DNA from: Candidatus Falkowbacteria bacterium
Lineage (GTDB): Bacteria > Patescibacteriota > Patescibacteriia > Patescibacteriales > GWE2-39-37
Assembly: GCA_013336275.1 (NCBI GenBank)
Contig: JAAXUA010000002.1
Location: forward strand, 45,057 to 109,056
DNA length: 64,000 nt
Direction: 5' to 3'
Part shown: piece by piece, positions 21,224 to 30,300 of the stretch
Position numbering within the stretch: the first letter of the stretch is position 1
Layout of the letters: every line of letters begins with the position of its first letter
Position numbers and translations under genes: made by a program
Notes under the pieces: generated by a model
Seen by the model: only the letters and a program-made list of their open reading frames with translations
Told to the model about the DNA's origin: nothing
The model's database searches: none

Positions 21224-22186
21224 CTATATTTTACTGATAAGCCATTTTCCGTCTGGCTGCTTGTCTAGATAGAAGTTTATAGTAACTTTGTAGCCTCCCA
21301 GGGAGAAATAAACATCGGTCGAATAGATTTTCTGCATAGCCGATTCGCTGGTTATTCTGGCGCCAGAAAGCATATTGGCGAAAGACAATAGGCCGTCGTT
21401 TTTCAGGAAGCCCATGGTGTAAGAAATCTGGCTTTGCATTGATGGAGTAAAATAGGACAGGGTTTTGCCTAGGTTGTTTGTCCTGATTGCCTCGGCCGCC
21501 TCGGCCATAATCGTGTCGCTGGTCGAGGTGGATGTGTGGGTGGCAATTGTCAGGTAGGAATAATCGATGGTGATAGTTTCAAGGTTGGCGTTGGAAATAC
21601 CTAGGCCGAGTTGGCGCATGACTGCCAGGGCAGTAGTCGGCGAACCGAGGTAATAGCGCTTTTTATCGACCGGATTTATGTACCAGGCTTGGCCTTTGCT
21701 TTCAACTTGCAGGAGTATTTTGCCTCTGACTCGTTCAATCAAGCTAGAATTGACAGACAGCTTGCCCCAGCCAAGCGGATTGAATTGCTTTTCTATCTCG
21801 ACTTTATCAGAGAATCCGTCTTTGTCAGTGTCGAGGTCGAGAGCATTAGTGCCTAGCGCCTCTTCGAGATCGTCGTTCAGCTTATCGCCATCGCCATCCT
21901 TGCCGTTGACTGCAATGAGACCGACGGGAATGTGAAACAAGTCTGCATTAGTTACGCCCACGCCGAGGCGCTTCATGGTGGCAAGGGCATCAGTCGGGCG
22001 CCCTAAGTAGCTGCGTTTTTGGTCAAGCGGATTGACGTACCAGGCCTCGCCGTGGCTTTCAACTTGCAAAAGTATGCGGCCCGCCACCCTGAGAATGAGC
22101 AGTTCAGCGGCATGGGCGGCATAGCCGAAAGCGATGGCAGAGGCGCCTAGGGCGAAAATTATTAGCTTGTGGTGCTGGTTATTCAT
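21224..22186 (-). CDS. Secreted protein with two ~50-aa GxILLQVES..AWY repeats, TSP3-like Ca-binding motifs and an NTF2-like C-terminus
   Basis: Signal peptide; GRILLQVESHGEAWYVNP and GKILLQVESKGQAWYINP repeats; DGDGDKLND and DTDKDGFSD. Confidence 0.8.
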   Translation of the reverse strand: MNNQHHKLIIFALGASAIAFGYAAHAAELLILRVAGRILLQVESHGEAWYVNPLDQKRSYLGRPTDALATMKRLGVGVTNADLFHIPVGLIAVNGKDGDGDKLNDDLEEALGTNALDLDTDKDGFSDKVEIEKQFNPLGWGKLSVNSSLIERVRGKILLQVESKGQAWYINPVDKKRYYLGSPTTALAVMRQLGLGISNANLETITIDYSYLTIATHTSTSTSDTIMAEAAEAIRTNNLGKTLSYFTPSMQSQISYTMGFLKNDGLLSFANMLSGARITSESAMQKIYSTDVYFSLGGYKVTINFYLDKQPDGKWLISKI

Positions 22187-22221
22187 GGGATATTTGGTAT
22201 AATTGAATTATAAACCATAGA

Positions 22222-22686
22222 ATGATATTTATGAAGCCATCATATAAAAAGCTGTTGGCCTGGTCACTGGCCTCAGTTGCGGTCAGCGGGGCGATTCTGG
22301 TAATTTTCGGCCTCGTTCAGTTAAGGGAGTTTAATAATGTGGCCAGTGCGACTGGAGGGTTGCCCTGGCAAGATGCCGGCAAGATTTCTTATGTTCAGAT
22401 GGGCTGTACTAGGAGCTGTGTCGGGAAATGTTGCTGCGCCCTGTGCGATGCGGCATGTGATGGTTCGACACAAATCAATTTTACCGGTCAGCAAGGGACC
22501 ATGTTCATGTGCGTCCCGGCCGGCTTCATGTATAAGGGGGGCGGTACTGTTCCAATGATGGGGGCTGGCATTATTGCTGGTGGCATCAGTAATGTCATGC
22601 CGCAAGTTATCGGTATACCGACCATGGCGGCCAGCCGGGCTCAGCGCTTGGTTGATTCGTTCAAGCATTTATTCAATTGGTTATAG
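22222..22686 (+). CDS. Membrane-anchored Cys-rich hypothetical protein
   Basis: N-terminal TM; CTRSCVGKCCCALCDAAC; ends 3 nt before rsmA. Confidence 0.7.
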   Translation: MIFMKPSYKKLLAWSLASVAVSGAILVIFGLVQLREFNNVASATGGLPWQDAGKISYVQMGCTRSCVGKCCCALCDAACDGSTQINFTGQQGTMFMCVPAGFMYKGGGTVPMMGAGIIAGGISNVMPQVIGIPTMAASRAQRLVDSFKHLFNWL

Positions 22687-22689
22687 CAG

Positions 22690-23538
22690 ATGATAGACCT
22701 GCTAAAAAAAACCCAAGAGCTTTGCCAGACTTATGGCATCAAGCCTGCCCACTCCAAGGGGCAGAATTTTTTAATTGAAGAAGATGTCTATGACAAGGTG
22801 GTTGAGGCTGCGGAAATTAATAAGAATGACACGGTTTTAGAGGTGGGGCCAGGTTTGGGTTTTTTGACAGCCAGGTTGGCAGATCGGGCAAAGCAAGTGG
22901 TTGCCGTGGAGATAGATGAAAAGCTGGCCGATTTTTTAAAAATGGCAATGATAAGCCAAAAAATTTCCAATGTGGCTATAGTTAATGAAGATGTGACCAA
23001 ATTATCACTGAATTTAGGCAGCTCTACCAAGTATAAGATTGCCGCCAACCTTCCATATAATATAACTTCATTCTTTTTACGCAAATTTTTGACTAGCGAA
23101 CATCGGCCTGTGCTGATGTCATTATTGATACAGAAGGAGGTAGCTGAGCGGATCGTGGCTAAGCCTGGTGATATGAATCTTTTGGCACTCTCGGTGCAAT
23201 TCTATGCCGAGCCGGAGATAATCGCCGATGTTCCGCCTAAATCTTTTTGGCCTGCGCCTAAAGTGGATAGTGCCATAATCAGGATCAGATCTCTTGACGA
23301 GCAGCAGACGGAAACTAGGGGTTTGTCCGGTATCGATGAAAAGAAATTTTTCCGTCTGGCAAAATTTGGCTTCAGTGCTAAGCGCAAAATGTTAAAGAAT
23401 AACCTGGCCGCTGGATTTCATGTTCCTGTGGCTGATGCACAGGCAAAAATAGAGCAAGTTGGACTGGACGGCAGGGTGAGAGCCGAAGATCTTTCTTTGG
23501 CTCAGTGGCTTGTTCTTTATAGATTGTGGTTTGTCTAA
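22690..23538 (+). CDS. rsmA: 16S rRNA dimethyladenosine transferase
   Basis: GQNFL, VLEVGPGLG, ANLPYNI, QKEVAER and FWPAPKVDS. Confidence 0.97.
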   Translation: MIDLLKKTQELCQTYGIKPAHSKGQNFLIEEDVYDKVVEAAEINKNDTVLEVGPGLGFLTARLADRAKQVVAVEIDEKLADFLKMAMISQKISNVAIVNEDVTKLSLNLGSSTKYKIAANLPYNITSFFLRKFLTSEHRPVLMSLLIQKEVAERIVAKPGDMNLLALSVQFYAEPEIIADVPPKSFWPAPKVDSAIIRIRSLDEQQTETRGLSGIDEKKFFRLAKFGFSAKRKMLKNNLAAGFHVPVADAQAKIEQVGLDGRVRAEDLSLAQWLVLYRLWFV

Positions 23539-23625
23539 ACACAGGAGGGTGATATGAAAAAATAGCGGGGTGACCTTGGTGGTTTTTGTTTGCTTGTGTT
23601 ATAATAAGTGTATAAATATTTCCCC

Positions 23626-24306
23626 ATGCTTGAGGACTCTAAGGAGGTCAACAATCCAGAGCTTGAGCCGATAGAACCGGCCCAAGCAGTGCGCCCTAGT
23701 ATAAATAGAAACCAGAAGTTATTTCTGGCGATTTTGGTTTTAATCGGCTTTTCCATGATCGGACTCTGGGCAGCACAATTACGGCAAGGAATTGCCCAGC
23801 CATTCCAACCGAAAAATAGCCAAAATTCGCCCGAAAATAGTAACGTCACCAACAATAATACAACAGAACAGACAGACACGGACAACGATGGCCTTTGGGA
23901 CGTCGATGAGCTTAATACCTATGGAACTTCGCCATATCTTGATGATACGGACGGCGACAACATCAGCGACGGCAATGAAATTAAGTCTGGCGGCAATCCG
24001 AATTGTCCCGAAGGCAAAAATTGCGAAGCGCCAACCGCTCCAGCCAGCGACGTGGCCTCATCTACGGCTTTGATAATGGATCAGAATGCGACGACCTCCC
24101 CGGCCGCTGCCCCTAAACAGACCCAGCCAGGAACGATATCGAGCGGCTTGTCCGATGAGGAGATGAAAAGTATGCTCGAGGGTAATATGAGCGCTGCCGC
24201 TTTGCGCCAAGCCTTGCTCAAATCAGGGGCAGATCCTAAGCTGTTGGAACAGTTGAGCGACGACGACCTGCTGAAGAGCTATAAGCAGTCCTTGACCAGC
24301 CAATAA
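23626..24306 (+). CDS. Membrane-anchored protein with thrombospondin type-3-like Ca-binding repeats
   Basis: TM helix; DTDNDGLWDVDE..YGTSPYLDDTDGDNISDGNE; start taken at MLEDSK. Confidence 0.8.
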   Translation: MLEDSKEVNNPELEPIEPAQAVRPSINRNQKLFLAILVLIGFSMIGLWAAQLRQGIAQPFQPKNSQNSPENSNVTNNNTTEQTDTDNDGLWDVDELNTYGTSPYLDDTDGDNISDGNEIKSGGNPNCPEGKNCEAPTAPASDVASSTALIMDQNATTSPAAAPKQTQPGTISSGLSDEEMKSMLEGNMSAAALRQALLKSGADPKLLEQLSDDDLLKSYKQSLTSQ

Positions 24307-24341
24307 ATTCGAATTTTCAATAAGACGCGAAAATAACCATT

Positions 24342-27300
24342 ATGCCAACCCCTAAAAAAAATGGTGCACTCAAGATTTCCATAATCTTCTTCCTATTGTT
24401 GGTGGGACAGTTTTTTGTCATAAGGGCGATTTTCGCCGCAGGTGCATTCCAGACGCCAAGTCTTGAAGTAAACCCAGCGTACAAGGCTGCCGACACTCAA
24501 GCGGAAGCGACCGTGCCTGACTTTTCAGCAATAAAAATACAAGCGCCAGAGCTCAAATACATCCCAGCTTTAAATAAAAAATACTCACTTTTGGCTCAAG
24601 ATACCAACAAGGGTTTTTTTGAGCGTAAATTGGACCAGCTAACGTCTTGGTTTCAGGAAGACTTGTGGGAAGAGGTGATATTGGCTGGAGGGTCCAAAGC
24701 CCTGGGGTCGGCTATGCGTTCGGCTCTTAACACGATTGCCATGGACACCGCCACCTGGCTGGGTTCTGGCGGGAATGGACAGAAGCCGTTGTTTTACACC
24801 GAAGGCTGGGGCGCCTACCTGACCAACGTGGCCGATAATGCTGCTGGAACTTTTGTCGAACAGCTTGGCAAACAGAATGGCTATGCCAAGTTCAATCTTT
24901 GCAAACCGAATTTCGCCCTGCAGATGAAAATAGGTTTAGGTTTGGTCCAGTCAGTTAAGCCATCGGCTCCTGCCTGTACCTTCACAAAACTTGTCAGTAA
25001 TTGGGAAAATGAGTTGACTAGTGAAGATTTTATGCAAAAGATACAATCTTCATTCGACCCGAATAATAACGACTTCGGAGTGGCTTTCTCTTTGCAGACG
25101 GGCATGTTCCAACAGATTGCTGAAGATAAATATTCAAAACTATTAACCCGAGAGGAGGGTCAAGGATATGTCAACGACCCAACGGGGAAGATTTCCGGCG
25201 CGCTGGGCATACCAATCGCATCAGAGGTTGAAAGAAAAAATGTTTTGGACTCTGGCATGAAGGCTAATGCAATTACCCAATACACTGGCTATGCGCTGGT
25301 TGACGCTGCCAACGTCTTTATTAATCAGCTTGCCGTAACGGCTTTTAATGAACTGATGAAAAAGCTGGGGGGTAAAAGCTATACTTCCAGCTATGGCAAC
25401 TGGAATAGCCTGATCAGTAACTTTAGTGCCGGGCCAGACGCCACAATTGGCGGAGGTATTACAGCTACCAAGAACCAGCTCCGCAAGATTGTCGAACCGC
25501 AGTTCAATGTTCGCGGAGACTACAATATATTGTCCGAACTGAGCTCTTGTCCGAAACCGGACAGGGCAGGGCCGACCAACTGCGTTATCGATGAGAAGTT
25601 CAAGCAAGGCATTCTGGACAAGAAGACCGTGGCTGAAGCTGTCAGACTCGGTTATCTTAATGGTGAAAAGGTTGTTGGTTTTAGCAGCGATGGCGTCGAA
25701 CCACGCTACACCGACGCTTATCCTTATAGAACTTTGCTTATCCTGCGCAAATTCCGCATCTTGCCAGTTGGATGGGAGATTGCCGCCCAGTATATTAGGG
25801 ACAACCTTGATTCAACTAAGCCGAACGGAGTCGGTCCTAAAACCTTGGCTGATTTGATGGCTTGTTTTGATCAGAATGATGAATTTCCGGGCTATTTTGC
25901 CGCTTGGTGCCAGGGTCTAGTCGATCCGCACTGGCTCTTAAAAGCACCACTGAACTATTGCCGCCGAGAGGGGCCTGGTCCGGAAAACATCTCGGACGAC
26001 GACTCGACCTTGGTCAGGAATGATAAATATTGCGCCGACGAGCAGTCTTGTATCAAGGAAAAGGCCGATGGTTCTTGTGAATACTATGGTTACTGCACCG
26101 AAGAGAGGCGTAAATGGAAGTTCAATACCGATTCCTGTGAACCTTTGTATAACACTTGCCAAACTTTTAAAAAGGAAGATGGCGCCTCGGTTTCTTATTT
26201 GAAGAATACTTTGGATTATAGCGGCTGCACAGTCGATAATGCAGGGTGTACTGATTATTGCACCGCGTATAATTTCTCAACCGGTAAATATTCCTGCACA
26301 GCGAGCTCTACTGGGAATAAGGTCTTTTTGGATAGAGATGCCCAGTCTTGTGATTCAAAATCAGAAGGATGCACCTCCTTTATTAGAGCCAGGGACGGTC
26401 TTGGAGCCAATCTTTTGTTGAATTCAAGCTTTGAGGAAGATTTGGCCAACGGCACCTGGAGTGCTATTGGCGCTACATCTTCCGATGCTTTTTCTGGGTT
26501 CAGCAGTTTGCTTTTGAACCCGGGCGTCATGACTAAGAATTTTAGCGCCGGACCAGGATTAGCTTATGTCGGCGGTGAATATAATGTAGAGGGTGAGTCT
26601 TATACGATTTCGCTTTATTCTAAGAACTGTCCTGCCGGCAGCACGATCTCGTTGAAAGATGGAGCCAATACAGAATCTGCATCGATCGAATCGGGCGGAA
26701 CTTGGCAGTTATTCTCGTTATCACACGTCTTCTTAAGCTCCGGGCCGAGCTTCGATTTTGAATTCAATACACCTGCTGGTTCAAGCTGTCTGATTGACGC
26801 GATCAAGATGGAGAAGAGTATCGGTGCCACGCCTTATAGCGATTATGGTGCAACAGGTCTTATTACCGAGAAGTATGCACCGAGCTATCTTGGTTGCGAC
26901 GGCGTTGCCGACCCAGCAGAGTGCAAGGATTTTGCACGAAGCTGCAAATTTGAAGAAGTCGGTTGCGAACTATATACCCCAACTAATGGGGGGCTGCCTG
27001 TTCCTGGCAAGGTCAAACCGGGTGATTACTGCGTAGCAGAGTGCGTTGGCTTTGATACTTATTTGCAATCGCAGACTACTTTTGATTCGTTGCGCCCCGA
27101 TTACTTTATTCCTAAGACAGCCAAGTCTTGCAGTGCCGAGCTTAACGGTTGCGATCAGTTCACTAATTTAGATAAGCTGGGCAGTGGCGCCGAGGCGACA
27201 GAGTATTATTCATATCTCCGACAGTGCGTCACCTCCGGTGGCACCCAGTTCTACACTTGGGAAGGCTCGAACGAGACAGGTTTTCAGTTGAAAGTCGTAA

Positions 27301-30300
27301 GCCTTAAGGCTGATGACGACACAGATGATGTGCCTCTTGATTTGGATGGCAACCCGGTAACGCCCGACATCGCTGATTATGTTGGCGACCCAGCAGTTAC
27401 AGGTACACGAGCGCTGGAAGTGGCAAAATGTAATGAGAAAATTTATCAATTGAAACAGACTGACCCCGGCTACAATCCTGATTGTCGCGAATATTATAAT
27501 ACTGCTGGTGTTAAATCGTACCATCTTTACAGTCAGACTATAAGCGAGGACTCCAACTGCCATCCTTATAGGCGAACCGAGGTCAATATCGACCCATCGA
27601 TAACACTTCAAGCAGCTTGTGTCGGTGCTGATAAGAATTGGAATGCTTCCACCACTGAGTGTGCAGTTTGCATTAATGGTGGTGTTTGGAACGCGCAGCA
27701 GGGAGCTTGTATCTATCAAGCGATTCCGGGCCAAGGAACCCAGTGCTCGGCCGCCGCCAATGGTTGCCGCGAGTATACCGGAAATACAGGACAAACGGTC
27801 AAGATATTATCTAATAGTGATTTTGAAGATAGCACATTGCAGGGCTGGGCCAGCTTCAACGGGGCCGATGTTCCAATTTTGAGTACGGAGTCAATAAATA
27901 TGGGCGGACATTCGCTTTATGTTAAGACAACTGCGAATAACCAGGGCGTAGTTTTGGCCATGCCGACTTCGACTATGCTTACCGGCAGTTCATATGCCAT
28001 AACTTTGATTGCTAAGACTAGGACGCCAGTCAATCTCAAGGTCCGTTCAACTAATGCAGCCGCGGCCAATGTCGATTTCATCGGCATTGGGGCGCTTACT
28101 GCCGATTGGCAGATGTATCGAGCAAACCTTTCTGACATGACCGTTATTGACCCCATTAATCTGATCATCGAAGCCGATGTGCCGGCCGAGTTCTTTGTCG
28201 ACAACATCAAGCTCTCCGAAATTTCCAACAGGTTCTATTTGCTTAAGAACTCCTGGAACACCCCCGAGACCTGCAATCAGGACCTGAACAAAAAGCCTTA
28301 TCCTTTATATATGCTTGGTTGTAACGAGTATAAAGATAGGGACAATCTAACGTATTATCTGAGATCGTTTTCATATTTATGCAAGGATGATGCGATCGGT
28401 TGCGAGCTGATGGTTGATATTCATAATTCAACTAATCCAAAATCAGAAAACTTCAATACCGGCACGGCTCAGACAGAAGATGACCTCACGGTTTTGGCTG
28501 ATAATTATATTTATGCAGTTTATGACAAGAAAAAATTATGCAAATCCGAAGATGTCGGTTGCCAGCGCTTGGGCAAGCCATATGACTATTCCGGCGAACG
28601 CCTCCACTCGGATGTCTATCTGAAAAATAATCCGGACAATTACAAGACTGCGATGTGCGACTATCCTGGATTGAGCTGCGATGAGTATTCTTCTGATGAT
28701 AGCGTAAGCTATTTCAAAAACCCTTACGACCTGGCTTGCGAATGGCGTCCCGGACCGAAAAATGTCTATAGCTGGTACAAGAAACGAGTTAATCGTTGCG
28801 ACGTCAATAATGATGGAAGCGGTGAAGGGGCGTTGTGCGCAGATAATGCCGGTTGTTCCGCGGCTCCTGGCTATGTCGGTGTTGCGTGTACGCAGAGCAG
28901 CCAGTGCAACCCCGCCACCCCAGCCCCGCAAAACAATGTCTGTGACAAGGGAGTCTGCCGGTCTGCTTGCAGCGAGGACAGGGTCGACCATCTGTGTTCA
29001 ACCGACTTCGGAATCAATCCCAAGACCTTCGGAATCGGAACCGGCCAGCGTACCTCCCAGCCGACACGCGATGTCGGGGGTACCAATTGGGTTGGCCTCT
29101 GTCCAGCAGAAGAGTCGAGCTGCACAGAATTGGTTGATCCGAAAAGTAGCTTTAACCAGAATTTAATCTTTAACAATGATTTTGCACAGAACATAAATCT
29201 GGCCGATGAGCCTAATCGTGATGGTTGGCCGGGAAATGTCCAGGGTGTCAAATTGGATGCTAACACTCTTTATATCCTGAGCGGAACCGGTAATGCTGGA
29301 AGCAGCGTGACTGTTGGCAACTGCACGTCGGCTTCAGGCGGGTCTAATGTCAGTCTTCTGAGCGCCAACACCAACACATTAAACGCTCCACAGGCTGCTA
29401 TTACTCTTAATTTGGGGGCAAATCCAGTTAAGACGAGCCTAGCCTTCTATTCTAATAATTCAATCAAATGCCAGATTAGCATCGTGCCGGCTGGCGTGGT
29501 CACTAATTTGGACCTGGGGCTCTATAAAGCAGCTGTCGATTATCAGCTAGACAAAGGTCTTGATGCAACGGGCTGTAATGGCTTAGTTGATCAAAGCCAA
29601 GGTTGCGTTTTGTTCAACAAACGCAGTCAGGATGGAGCATCTGTTTTGAACCTCAATTATGACGCTGATACTAGCAGCAGTACACCTTCGATTAACGCCG
29701 GATTAGAAAGGGATTCCAATGTTCTTCTGAAAGTAGCCCCAGACCGCATTTGTGACAAGTGGCTGTCTTGCCGATCATCAGTCACCCTAAAAGATCAGGA
29801 TGGAAACGACAAAAATGTATGTCTGGATATCGCCCTTTGCAATCAATTCGGGTTTGATGGCGGCTGTAACGGCACCATTAGCAAGGACAGGAATAATCAG
29901 ACTTATAATTATCCCAATCTTGGCGGCGGCTTGCTAAGCGCAAGCCAGGTCGGCAATATCAGCGGCTATGCGAAGGTCGGTAAAAATCAGGCCGGACAGA
30001 CAGATGCTCAGATTCCTTTCGGCTCGATGATCCAATACGGTGCAGCAGCCAATGTATATAATGGCAACATGGAATTGGCTGGCGATGATGGCTATCCTGT
30101 TGGTTGGAAATATTATAATTCGAATGACGTTTGGGATGAAAAATCTTTCAAGGTGATCAATACGGTAGCAGGGGTCCAGAATGAAGGTGTTGGCAGCGCT
30201 CCTGAAGGCAACGGCATATTGAAGTTGGGTGTCAGGCACGAAATTACGTCTAACTCATTTACGGTCAAGGGCGGAGAGTTTTATGTCTTGCAGACCATGG

